From positions 24,107-88,106 of IMG/VR virus record IMGVR_UViG_3300027129_000004: DNA of 64,000 bases; one strand, given 5' to 3'. A model generated the notes under the pieces. The model was not told where the DNA came from. It worked only from the letters and a program-made list of their open reading frames with translations, and made no database searches. Positions 16,297 to 24,762 of the stretch are shown here, in pieces. Position numbers and translations under genes: made by a program. Source of the DNA: a virus. Its lineage: Duplodnaviria > Caudoviricetes. The first letter of the stretch is position 1, and each line of letters opens with the position of its first letter.

Positions 16297-17532
16297 ATGC
16301 TGACTCTTCTTCCTTATCAACAACGTGCTCTGAAAGCAGTTCAGAACTCCATTAAAGGTTCTGTGTATATTCCTACTGGTGGTGGGAAAACTGTTGTGAT
16401 GATGGAAGATGCTCGTCAGAGGATTCTTAACGCACTGGAACCAATGACATTTGTTGTTGTTGCTCCTCGTATTCTGCTTGCAAATCAACTTTGTTCTGAG
16501 TTTGAAGCATATCTCAAGGACCAGAATGTTGCTTATATGCACGTTCACAGTGGTGAAACTCATCATCAATCCTCTACACGTCCAGCAGACATTGCAGAAT
16601 ACAATGACACTGCAATCGGAAGTGGCAAGCATCAGTTTATCTTCACCACTTACAATTCGATTGGTCGGGTGAATGAGTCTGATATTGAAATTGATGTTGT
16701 GTATTTTGATGAAGCACATCATTGCGTGAAACCATCTAACTTTGTGGGTATTGCTCATACTTCATCAGTTGCAGATAATGCTTATTTCTTCACTGCAACT
16801 CCGAAGTTCAATAACAGTATGGAGTCTATGAATAATACTGATGTTTATGGCAACAACATCATCAGTATTCCTGCACAAGAACTGATTGATGCTGGTAGTA
16901 TTATTCCTCCCAAAGTTGTGCCTTATGAAGCACAAACCATTCGCACTAAAGAAAATGCTGCATTTGTAGATGCAGAGAACATTGTAGGTATCCTGTCAGA
17001 GATTTCTGATTGTGATGCACCTAAAGTTCTTGTTGCTGCTCCTAGCACCAAAGTAATCTGGGCAATGTTTACTGAGAGTGATTTGCTTCAACAACTCAAT
17101 GATATGGGTTATACGATTATGCATATCACTTCTAAGCACGGTGCTTATATTGACAAACAGAAAGTGTCTCGTGAAGTCTTCTTTGAGAAGATGAATGAGT
17201 TTGGTGCAGACCCAGAAAAGAAGTTCATTGTGTTTCACTACAGCATCTTGTCTGAGGGTATGAACGTGCAGGGATTGACTGATTGCATTATGCTTCGCAA
17301 TCTTCCATTGATTGAAATGGCACAGACTGTTGGACGGGTTATCCGTATGCACGGTGATGACCGTAAAGCAATCGCAGATGGTAAGATGAAAGCAGGAGAG
17401 TTTGCTTTCTACAAGAAACCATTTGGCACTATCACGATTCCTGTTAATAACAACTATGGTGATAAGATTGCAAAGCAACTTCAAAATGTTGTGGATACTA
17501 TCTTTGTGAAAGGTGAAGTTCTTGGTGTATAA
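16297..17532 (+). CDS. SF2 DEAD/DEAH-box helicase (ResIII-like)
   Basis: Q-motif PYQ, PTGGGKT, DEAH, TATP, LSEG, QTVGRVIR. Confidence 0.9.
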   Translation: MLTLLPYQQRALKAVQNSIKGSVYIPTGGGKTVVMMEDARQRILNALEPMTFVVVAPRILLANQLCSEFEAYLKDQNVAYMHVHSGETHHQSSTRPADIAEYNDTAIGSGKHQFIFTTYNSIGRVNESDIEIDVVYFDEAHHCVKPSNFVGIAHTSSVADNAYFFTATPKFNNSMESMNNTDVYGNNIISIPAQELIDAGSIIPPKVVPYEAQTIRTKENAAFVDAENIVGILSEISDCDAPKVLVAAPSTKVIWAMFTESDLLQQLNDMGYTIMHITSKHGAYIDKQKVSREVFFEKMNEFGADPEKKFIVFHYSILSEGMNVQGLTDCIMLRNLPLIEMAQTVGRVIRMHGDDRKAIADGKMKAGEFAFYKKPFGTITIPVNNNYGDKIAKQLQNVVDTIFVKGEVLGV

Positions 17533-17559
17533 ATTATATTATGTGTCCCACATAGAATT

Positions 17560-17724
17560 ATGCCATTTACAAAGAAATTTCCACAGTCAGGAGAAACAAC
17601 CCATATTCGGGTTCCGAAATGTTATGCTGAACTCATTGAAGAACTGATGGTAACGTTAGATGAACGATTTGATGTAGATAAGGGCAAACATCTACTGAAG
17701 AAGTTCATACACAACTTAACGTGA
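17560..17724 (+). CDS. small putative ribbon-helix-helix-like DNA-binding protein (54 aa)
   Basis: MPFTKKFPQSGETTHIRVPKCYAELIEEL...; paralog at 25886. Confidence 0.55.
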   Translation: MPFTKKFPQSGETTHIRVPKCYAELIEELMVTLDERFDVDKGKHLLKKFIHNLT

Positions 17725-17738
17725 GTCCAATGATATCC

Positions 17739-17796
17739 TGTGCCACCTGTAGCACTGGCACAGTAAATGAGCACATACCCCTAAATGTGTTATAGT
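17739..17796 (+). promoter_or_regulatory. early promoter element
   Basis: TGTGCCACC-TGTAGC-ACTGGCACA, 28 nt, TATAGT. Confidence 0.8.
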
Positions 17797-17986
17797 AGTT
17801 CTATGGTTGAGGAAGACCTTCAATGACTTACACCCCACATCTTTCTAAGATTCCTTATTTGATGATTCCAGAAAACAGAGTGAATCTTGCATTCAACTGG
17901 TATCAACGAGATAGGAGTCATCCACAAAACTTTCCTGCTTATTCTTATTGGATTCAACAATGCACAAATGATGGGAGTGATTACTG

Positions 17987-18169
17987 ATGGAAATGCTTGA
18001 TACTGTTCTGACTATTGAGGAAGTTTTGACTGATAAACAATTGCTTGCTCTGCAAGACATTCTTTGCCATTACAAAGAGTTTCAGGAAGAACTTTACAAC
18101 TATCCTGAACCTGATACTCTCTTCACTAAGACTCAACAAGAACTGTTTGACATCTTTAACATCAAATGA
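17987..18169 (+). CDS. hypothetical protein
   Basis: 60 aa. Confidence 0.65.
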   Translation: MEMLDTVLTIEEVLTDKQLLALQDILCHYKEFQEELYNYPEPDTLFTKTQQELFDIFNIK

Positions 18170-18372
18170 CTTCTATTTCTTTTACCTCTGGTGAGTTGTT
18201 GGATATTATGTCCGTACTTGAAGAGAAAGAAAATGCTCTTCAACTTGCAGAGAATTATCAACTCTCTGCTTATTATATGCACCTTGGGGGTCAATTCCAA
18301 CGGATTTATGATAAACTGCAGGAGTTTGTTCCTGAGAACCGAGTTGCCAATCTTGTCCTTGCTGTGAATTGA
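18166..18372 (+). CDS. hypothetical protein
   Basis: 68 aa, coupled. Confidence 0.7.
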   Translation: MTSISFTSGELLDIMSVLEEKENALQLAENYQLSAYYMHLGGQFQRIYDKLQEFVPENRVANLVLAVN

Positions 18373-18641
18373 TGACTATGGAAACACACAGTCTGATTAT
18401 TCTTTCTACTGCACACCTACATCCATTGGAAGCAGCAAAGATTGATGAATTTTCTTATGTTGGAAACAAAGAATGTGCTCTTGTTTCCACTGTTTCAGAG
18501 ATGAGGGATTTCTATTATCAGGGTGGATTGGTTTGCTTGTGCGACCTGTTGAAATTGGTGCAAGAAAAATATAATGCAAAATATGTTCTCTTTGACCCTG
18601 ATGCAGATACTACTGATGAGTTCAGGTATTATCAATGGTGA
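18372..18641 (+). CDS. hypothetical protein
   Basis: LSTAHL ... FDPDA motif (DUF5983-like by recollection). Confidence 0.7.
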   Translation: MTMETHSLIILSTAHLHPLEAAKIDEFSYVGNKECALVSTVSEMRDFYYQGGLVCLCDLLKLVQEKYNAKYVLFDPDADTTDEFRYYQW

Positions 18642-18700
18642 TGTGCCAGTTGTAGCACTGGCACACTAAAAGAGCACAGAGGCACCAGATGCCTTATAAT
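18642..18700 (+). promoter_or_regulatory. early promoter element (perfect palindrome)
   Basis: TGTGCCAGT-TGTAGC-ACTGGCACA, 29 nt, TATAAT. Confidence 0.85.
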
Positions 18701-18721
18701 ACTCTCATACGAAACAAACCG

Positions 18722-18889
18722 ATGACCCTGACCGAAGCAAACAAGATATGGTCCGACTGTTACAACAGCGGCGACCTCTCACTGTGGAACAACTATACTA
18801 ACGCCCAGCGTGAGCAGGCAATCGCCACCCGAGACGCCCACTTCAACGGTCGCCAGTGGGGCATCTGGAACATCAACGATTGGGACTGA
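18722..18889 (+). CDS. hypothetical protein, GC-rich cassette
   Basis: 55 aa; about 55% GC against about 32% in the next gene. Confidence 0.7.
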   Translation: MTLTEANKIWSDCYNSGDLSLWNNYTNAQREQAIATRDAHFNGRQWGIWNINDWD

Positions 18890-18919
18890 TTGCCCTACCT
18901 GGTGGTCTGACTGGTAAGT

Positions 18920-18979
18920 GATGGCACTCTGAAAACTGGCACAGGGCATCCTTCGGAGTGCCCTTTGATGCCTTATAAT
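18920..18979 (+). promoter_or_regulatory. early promoter element
   Basis: GATGGCACT-CTGAAA-ACTGGCACA, 30 nt, TATAAT. Confidence 0.75.
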
Positions 18980-19004
18980 ACTCTCATACACAAAGGAACT
19001 TCAA

Positions 19005-19271
19005 ATGCTTGATGCCTTTACTGATTATCCTATTGAAAAACTTGATGATATTGAATTTGAAAAAGCACCCATTCGTAAATGCACCATTCTAACTTGGGAC
19101 AGAAATAAGTATTGTGATGTCCTTGTATATTTTGTAGATGAGGATGGTGATTTGCGAGGACACATTACTAACTTCAAGCAGTGGTATTTGTATAAGAATG
19201 AAGCACGACTTGATGATGGTATTCAATTTACTGATGATGAACTGAAAACTCTTCCTTGGACTTGCCGATGA
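19005..19271 (+). CDS. hypothetical protein
   Basis: AFTDYPI...APIR...DRNKYC phage motif. Confidence 0.75.
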   Translation: MLDAFTDYPIEKLDDIEFEKAPIRKCTILTWDRNKYCDVLVYFVDEDGDLRGHITNFKQWYLYKNEARLDDGIQFTDDELKTLPWTCR

Positions 19272-19450
19272 CTGCTATTGAAATTGATGAAATGATGAAC
19301 CGAATGGAATCATTTGGTGGTTCATTTGTTGTTGCACTTGCTTATGCAATGCGAAAAGCAGACCCATCAAATAAAACTAGACTGATTCTTGCCTTTCCTG
19401 AGTATGTGAAAGAGTATGGACCAGAAAGTCAGTTTCCTGCGTATGAATGA
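19268..19450 (+). CDS. hypothetical protein
   Basis: GGSFV.ALA.A...AD..N...L..AFPE motif. Confidence 0.7.
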   Translation: MTAIEIDEMMNRMESFGGSFVVALAYAMRKADPSNKTRLILAFPEYVKEYGPESQFPAYE

Positions 19451-19632
19451 TGAAACCTAAGTTCCGTGCCGTATTAGAAATGGCAATAGAAGAAGGTGTA
19501 AGGTTTGGATACAATCGTGCTTTTAAGCATAATTCAGAACCACACATTGATTCTATATCTGATAGTATAGTTACAGAAATCTTTAATTCACTTGACACTT
19601 GGTTTGATGACATCAACGACACTGAAAACTAA
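19447..19632 (+). CDS. conserved hypothetical protein
   Basis: LEMAIEEGVRFGYNRAFKH motif. Confidence 0.7.
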   Translation: MMKPKFRAVLEMAIEEGVRFGYNRAFKHNSEPHIDSISDSIVTEIFNSLDTWFDDINDTEN

Positions 19633-19633
19633 A

Positions 19634-20041
19634 ATGAATCCTGAAATTAAACAGAAATGGGTTGATGCTCTGCTTTCTGGCAAATACGAACAAGGCAGTG
19701 GGAAACTCCGTGGTGCAAATGGTTATTGTTGCCTTGGTGTTCTGTGTGACCTTTATTCACAAGAACACGATACTCAATGGGAGTTTAGGAGTCATGATGA
19801 AAATAGTGATGAAACTAATCCTGAACCAATGGACTATTGGTATTTCGATGGTGAGGGTGAGTTTCTGCCTAAATCTGTGATGAATTGGGCAGGATTTTCT
19901 CTTCATAGTCCTCAAGTTCGAGTTGATGTTACTGAGGATGATGATAAAGATGATTGGTCCTATAAGGAGTATATTGCCAATCTGAACGATACGGGTTATA
20001 CTTTTGAAGCACTTTCTAAACTAATCGAAGAACAATTTTAA
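19634..20041 (+). CDS. conserved phage hypothetical protein
   Basis: KWVDAL.SGKYEQG...YCCLGVLCDL motif. Confidence 0.8.
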   Translation: MNPEIKQKWVDALLSGKYEQGSGKLRGANGYCCLGVLCDLYSQEHDTQWEFRSHDENSDETNPEPMDYWYFDGEGEFLPKSVMNWAGFSLHSPQVRVDVTEDDDKDDWSYKEYIANLNDTGYTFEALSKLIEEQF

Positions 20042-20223
20042 TGGAAGAAGAAAACACTCTGACACAAGGACGTATTCCTACTCACAAAAGTGTAAACGTT
20101 GCACTTTTCTTTAATGATGAGATGGATGATGGTGAAGTGAGAGACTTTATTGAACGTATGACTGAAAAGTATCATCATCCTGATGATATTGTGAAAGATT
20201 ATGAATACTGGTATGATGAGTGA
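20041..20223 (+). CDS. hypothetical acidic protein
   Basis: 60 aa. Confidence 0.65.
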   Translation: MEEENTLTQGRIPTHKSVNVALFFNDEMDDGEVRDFIERMTEKYHHPDDIVKDYEYWYDE

Positions 20224-20237
20224 GTCTAGTGTGAGAC

Positions 20238-20296
20238 TGTGACAGTTGGGGGACTGTCCACCAAACCCCCCATTTCCCCCTCTGGGGTGCTATCAT
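20238..20296 (+). promoter_or_regulatory. early promoter element
   Basis: TGTGACAGT-TGGGGG-ACTGTCCAC, 29 nt, TATCAT. Confidence 0.7.
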
Positions 20297-20324
20297 TACA
20301 AAGTAATCGAGGTTAAGAGACCCA

Positions 20325-20720
20325 ATGCCTGCAACTGAAATGCAACTTAAAGAATCCACTGTTGATTTCATTAAGGATTTGGTTGAGCAATCCTATTATG
20401 ATGAAGATATGTATATTTTCATCGGTGAGCATGGTGAAGATACATTTGTTCAGTATTACGAAGAGTATGTTCAGTTTGGTGAATCTTATAACTATCGTGC
20501 TGTAGATACTTTCATTGAAGAGTTTGGTATTGATAATCTCTCTTCCTTTGAAGATGCTTACCGTGGTGAATGGGAGTCTAAAGCAGATTATGCGGAAAAC
20601 TTTGTAACTGATTGTTATTCTGTTGATTTCCCTGCTTTTATTGAGATTGACTGGGAAAATACCTTTGACAATCTTGATTCTGTTTATGTCAATGGTTTTG
20701 TTTTTGATACCAAATTCTGA
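20325..20720 (+). CDS. ArdA-like antirestriction (DNA mimic) protein
   Basis: very acidic; FEDAYRGEWES..DYAE...P.FI.IDWE.....L.....NGFVF resembles the ArdA C-terminal domain. Confidence 0.6.
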   Translation: MPATEMQLKESTVDFIKDLVEQSYYDEDMYIFIGEHGEDTFVQYYEEYVQFGESYNYRAVDTFIEEFGIDNLSSFEDAYRGEWESKADYAENFVTDCYSVDFPAFIEIDWENTFDNLDSVYVNGFVFDTKF

Positions 20721-20722
20721 AT

Positions 20723-20971
20723 ATGAAACTTCAATCTAACGATGGAAACATGGTGGTAGATTTCTACCCCATCAAAACACCTTTTGGTGATGTATCTCAA
20801 GAGTGGTTCTTGAAGACTCTCACTTTTATGGGTCAAAGTCAATCCAAGAAGTTTCTCAATCGCATTGAGATGAATCTTGAGATTGAAGAATATCTCAATC
20901 ACACTATTCCGTATGAAGTTGTAGACTTCAATACGATTCCACAACTTGCTAATCCTTTTATTGGTGTCTGA
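20723..20971 (+). CDS. conserved cyanophage hypothetical protein
   Basis: MKLQS.DG.MVVDFYP motif. Confidence 0.7.
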   Translation: MKLQSNDGNMVVDFYPIKTPFGDVSQEWFLKTLTFMGQSQSKKFLNRIEMNLEIEEYLNHTIPYEVVDFNTIPQLANPFIGV

Positions 20972-20973
20972 CA

Positions 20974-21189
20974 ATGCTTCTGAAACTAACTGACATTGAG
21001 TTTGATTTTGATGATGGAGAAGAAATCTCTGGGGAACTTCCTTATGATGAACAGGTTGCAGTCACTAAATCCGTGATTGGTGAAGTCTTTGAGGTTGAGA
21101 CTGAAGATGAACTTGCTGATGCAGTTTCTGACAGAACTGGTTGGTGTGTGAAATATCTTGATTATGTTGAAATCTCTGAATCTCACTGA
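20974..21189 (+). CDS. hypothetical acidic protein
   Basis: TDIEFDFDD...DELAD.VSD.TGWCV motif. Confidence 0.7.
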   Translation: MLLKLTDIEFDFDDGEEISGELPYDEQVAVTKSVIGEVFEVETEDELADAVSDRTGWCVKYLDYVEISESH

Positions 21190-21203
21190 GTCCAATGATG
21201 CCC

Positions 21204-21261
21204 TGTGCCACTTCTTCTAGTGGCACACTAAAAGAGCACAGACCCCTAAATGTGGTATTCT
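21204..21261 (+). promoter_or_regulatory. early promoter element (perfect palindrome)
   Basis: TGTGCCACT-TCTTCT-AGTGGCACA, 28 nt, TATTCT. Confidence 0.8.
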
Positions 21262-21316
21262 TAAAGGGTGGAAGGGGTCACACCCACCCACAAACGTCCA
21301 ACTAACTCAAACTAAA

Positions 21317-21514
21317 ATGACTGTTGATTTCTCTCGTGATGTGATGGTTGCTATGCTCTGCCAGGGTGATACTGGCAACGACATTCTGGATATTCTGAAT
21401 GTTCTTGTTCCCTATCAAACTGAACTCACTCGTGAGCAAGTTTGTGAAGACCTGGGCATTGCTGATTGTCCTGAGAATGATGATGAGATTGCCCGTGCTA
21501 TGGTTGCTGCCTGA
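21317..21514 (+). CDS. hypothetical protein
   Basis: 65 aa. Confidence 0.7.
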   Translation: MTVDFSRDVMVAMLCQGDTGNDILDILNVLVPYQTELTREQVCEDLGIADCPENDDEIARAMVAA

Positions 21515-21568
21515 GTTTAATTTGGGGGAGATTCAATTCTCCCTCTGTGGATTTAATTCATTTACTCT

Positions 21569-21766
21569 TTGATTCCAATGTTTGTTATCTGTCCCGCATC
21601 TTTTGATTTGATTGATGCTGAGTGGTTTGACAATGTATATGAAGCAAAAGATGAAGCACTTGATTGGAGTGTTGAACTCTCTGGTGAGAATGTGATTGTT
21701 TATCGGGCAGTTGAGGAAGATGATGGTGCTTATGAGTTTGATAAACTCTATGCCATCTCTGCCTGA
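21569..21766 (+). CDS. hypothetical acidic protein
   Basis: A.D.ALDWSVELSGE.V.V motif. Confidence 0.7.
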   Translation: MIPMFVICPASFDLIDAEWFDNVYEAKDEALDWSVELSGENVIVYRAVEEDDGAYEFDKLYAISA

Positions 21767-21918
21767 TGAGAACTAAAACACTCACATTTAGACCACCAAA
21801 TAAGATGCGAACTATAATTCTTATCTTTGCAGTTGCATTTATTTTCTCTCCGAGTGTGAGGAATGTAACTGCAAACACACTTTACACTGTTGCTGATATT
21901 ATCAGCACAAATCGGTGA
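21766..21918 (+). CDS. small hydrophobic protein (50 aa)
   Basis: hand-translated; IILIFAVAFIFSP hydrophobic stretch. Confidence 0.6.
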   Translation: MRTKTLTFRPPNKMRTIILIFAVAFIFSPSVRNVTANTLYTVADIISTNR

Positions 21919-21932
21919 GTCCAGTGTTGAGA

Positions 21933-21990
21933 TGTGCCACTTGTTCTAGTGGCACACGAAATGGGCACAGACCCCCAAATATGCTAATCT
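21933..21990 (+). promoter_or_regulatory. early promoter element (perfect palindrome)
   Basis: TGTGCCACT-TGTTCT-AGTGGCACA, 28 nt, TAATCT. Confidence 0.8.
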
Positions 21991-22051
21991 TAAAGGGTGG
22001 AGGGAGCAGGTCGCACTGTCCCACCCGAGTCTCAATCTTCATTCTTTTAAC

Positions 22052-22726
22052 ATGGACCGTTCACAAGTCATCTCCAAGATTCAGTCTATCCTGAAACTTC
22101 AGGAAGGAACTTCTTTTGATGGTGAAGCAGATGCTGCTGCCAAGATGATTGATAAACTGTGTAAGCAGTATGGTGTTACAATCACCGAAGCAACTGAAAC
22201 TCAAGTTTATGATGAATCTTTCATCAATTTCAAACGTGTGAATGTTGCACTTACAACTCTTCTGAATGCGATTGCATCTTTCTATGATGCAAAGGCATAT
22301 ATGAAGAATGGTGATGTTAAGTCTCTGCAAATCATTGGTAGTGAAGCACAACAAATCCAAGTGCGTCTCTATTATGATTACCTGAATCAAGTGATGGAGA
22401 AAGAAGCAGAAGTTGCATATCAAGCAGAGAAGATTATGTCTGCTCTAACTGGTGCAACTGTTTCTCGTAGTTTCAAACTTAATTTCCGCAAGGCATTTGC
22501 AGATAATGTTGCTCTGCGTTTGCGTGAAATGAAGAAAGCAGAGAACCGAGTTCACGATGATGCAAAAGCAGTGAGTGATAAACTCTCTACGATGCGATTC
22601 GGACGTGCAAAGAAGATGAATGGTGCTAATGGTGCTGGTGCTTATGCTGGTTCTAACGTTGGTGCTGGTGTATCTCTGAACCGTCAAGCAACTGGTTCTG
22701 TGACCAAACAACTGTGTGGAGTGTGA
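22052..22726 (+). CDS. DUF2786-domain protein
   Basis: VISKIQSILKL....F.GEADAAAKMIDKLCKQYG N-terminus typical of DUF2786. Confidence 0.7.
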   Translation: MDRSQVISKIQSILKLQEGTSFDGEADAAAKMIDKLCKQYGVTITEATETQVYDESFINFKRVNVALTTLLNAIASFYDAKAYMKNGDVKSLQIIGSEAQQIQVRLYYDYLNQVMEKEAEVAYQAEKIMSALTGATVSRSFKLNFRKAFADNVALRLREMKKAENRVHDDAKAVSDKLSTMRFGRAKKMNGANGAGAYAGSNVGAGVSLNRQATGSVTKQLCGV

Positions 22727-22770
22727 GTTAATCTCGCCTCTACTTCACTTTTCCCTTTATTCCTAATACG

Positions 22771-23103
22771 ATGAACGCACAACTGACAATTGATGAGTGT
22801 AAACTGATGTGGGTTGTTGGTGCATTGCAACGACTTGCAACTTTGGGTATGATTGGTCCTGATATTCCTCTGAAACTTTCTGGTAGTGCAGTAGATGATT
22901 ATCTTTATATTGATGAGCATCGGGAAATTCTGTTTGAATCTGATTTTGAGATTGCAAGTATTTTCACTGCTATTGTCAATAGTGAATGTGACCCAAAAGT
23001 TCAAAATCCTGATGATACCAAACCTCTGATTGAACTTCTTCTGCAATATAAGAACAATCGCACCGAGATTGTGAAGTATGCACTCTCGCAACAAGTTATT
23101 TGA
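22771..23103 (+). CDS. hypothetical protein
   Basis: 110 aa. Confidence 0.7.
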   Translation: MNAQLTIDECKLMWVVGALQRLATLGMIGPDIPLKLSGSAVDDYLYIDEHREILFESDFEIASIFTAIVNSECDPKVQNPDDTKPLIELLLQYKNNRTEIVKYALSQQVI

Positions 23104-23303
23104 AAATGACAATGGATAAAGATTTAATGCAAATCACACTGAGTAAGGAAAATTATAAGGTTCTACATAAACTCATCTGCGACCAAATGGTTTATATTCT
23201 TTCTCCGTTTGACAATGATGATTATGAACCAACGCAAGAACATCTAAAGATTCTCGACGCAGTTACAAAGTTCAGTTCTTATCAAGTTACTTACAATGTT
23301 TGA
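23100..23303 (+). CDS. hypothetical protein
   Basis: 67 aa. Confidence 0.6.
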   Translation: MKMTMDKDLMQITLSKENYKVLHKLICDQMVYILSPFDNDDYEPTQEHLKILDAVTKFSSYQVTYNV

Positions 23304-23544
23304 CCTTCTGAAGTTTAACCCCCATCATATTCCTGAGTGTATTCAAGCACGACATAAGTTTTCCAACGGTTGGGAGATTAGTGTAGTTGCTGGTCCACCG
23401 AATTGTGGTCTCTATGGCAACATCAATGAGAACAATTATGAAGTTGCAATTTTCCGTCCCAATGGAAATATGACTGAAGATGTAAATGGTTGGAATACTA
23501 AAGAAGAAGTATCTGCGATGATGTGGGTGCTGTCTCAACTCTAG
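23296..23544 (+). CDS. conserved phage hypothetical protein
   Basis: F.NGW.ISVV.....YG.....YEVAI motif. Confidence 0.75.
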   Translation: MFDLLKFNPHHIPECIQARHKFSNGWEISVVAGPPNCGLYGNINENNYEVAIFRPNGNMTEDVNGWNTKEEVSAMMWVLSQL

Positions 23545-23556
23545 TCTCTTATACCG

Positions 23557-23614
23557 TGTGCCACTTGTTCTAGTGGCACAGTAAATGAGCACAGACCCCT
23601 GGATGTGGTATATT
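23557..23614 (+). promoter_or_regulatory. early promoter element (perfect palindrome)
   Basis: TGTGCCACT-TGTTCT-AGTGGCACA, 28 nt, TATATT. Confidence 0.8.
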
Positions 23615-23663
23615 AAAGAGGTGGAGGGGTCTGGTCCCACCCGAGTCCCATTCTTCATTCTTT

Positions 23664-23882
23664 ATGCAAACTCTCGAACAACAACTTAAATCTGATTGGA
23701 ATGAAACAATTTCCAATCTGACTCCTGAAGAGAAGGAAATGCTGAAGAACTCTACTCCTCAAGATTGGATTAAAGCAATTTCTGATCTTGTAAAAAGTCC
23801 TGAGTTTTGGGCAAGTATTGCTGTTGCATTTGCTGAAGGAATTATTCGGGGGATTGATTCTTATGCAAATGAACAGTTCTGA
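23664..23882 (+). CDS. hypothetical protein
   Basis: 72 aa. Confidence 0.7.
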   Translation: MQTLEQQLKSDWNETISNLTPEEKEMLKNSTPQDWIKAISDLVKSPEFWASIAVAFAEGIIRGIDSYANEQF

Positions 23883-23932
23883 GTCCAGCATACCCATCAG
23901 GGATGCTGATAGGTAGAAGAACCGTTACCACC

Positions 23933-23961
23933 TTGACAAACACCCAGATCCGTGCTATGAT
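23933..23961 (+). promoter_or_regulatory. sigma70-type promoter
   Basis: TTGACA-17 nt-TATGAT with TG extension. Confidence 0.7.
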
Positions 23962-23983
23962 GAACGAAGTTCAGACTCAAGAA

Positions 23984-24157
23984 ATGACTGCTGCTCAACG
24001 GATGGAAAAGCAATTCTTCATTCAAATGATTCAACTTGTGAATGAAGTGCAAGGTAAGCAGAAACTTCCTTCTCAAGTTAATTCTTCTCGTAAGTCTGCT
24101 TGGTGTAAGAAAGTTTCTAATCCCAAGCAAAAGAAAGATGCACTTGCTCGCATCTAG
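23984..24157 (+). CDS. hypothetical basic protein
   Basis: MTAAQRMEKQFF... downstream of the promoter. Confidence 0.65.
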   Translation: MTAAQRMEKQFFIQMIQLVNEVQGKQKLPSQVNSSRKSAWCKKVSNPKQKKDALARI

Positions 24158-24352
24158 TTCTTAATTCTTTCATCTGTCCCACACAAACAACAAACAATGC
24201 TGATCAAAACTGTTTTCGATGTTCAAACCAAGCAAGCAGGTTATGCTATTTGTGATCCTGCCACTGAACGTTGTGGTTTTGTGACTTATAGCATCATCAA
24301 TGCTATTAAAGCAGGGCAATGTAAAACCTTCGCACAAGTTCAACAACTCATC

Positions 24353-24521
24353 AATGCCTGAAATGAATCAAATGTATGAAGTTACTTATCAGGTGCCTTA
24401 CAACGATTGTGAATGGAGAAGTCAATACTTTAATACTCTACAAGAAGCACAATCAATGGTAGAGTTTTATAGGTCTTGTGGATCTCCTGCTAAACTGATT
24501 GAACGTAAAGTAAGTAACTGA
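24353..24521 (+). CDS. conserved hypothetical protein
   Basis: YQVPYN.CEWRSQ.F.T..EA..MV.FYRSCGSPA motif. Confidence 0.65.
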
Positions 24522-24522
24522 A

Positions 24523-24762
24523 ATGACTCAAACTCTCACTGAAACCATCTACTCTGATGCTCTGTTATTTCTGACTCGATACTTCAATCAGTTTGATGAA
24601 TGTCAGTTGCAAGAACACGATGATTTGACTATTCAAGATATTGTTGATGTTCTTGGTTATGCAAGTTTCGAGGAGCATTATCATTCTGATGTAGCATATA
24701 TTTCTGATATTCAGACACTCAATAAACTTCGTAATGAAATTCGCAATCGGTTCTATCAATGA
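24523..24762 (+). CDS. hypothetical protein
   Basis: 79 aa. Confidence 0.7.
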   Translation: MTQTLTETIYSDALLFLTRYFNQFDECQLQEHDDLTIQDIVDVLGYASFEEHYHSDVAYISDIQTLNKLRNEIRNRFYQ

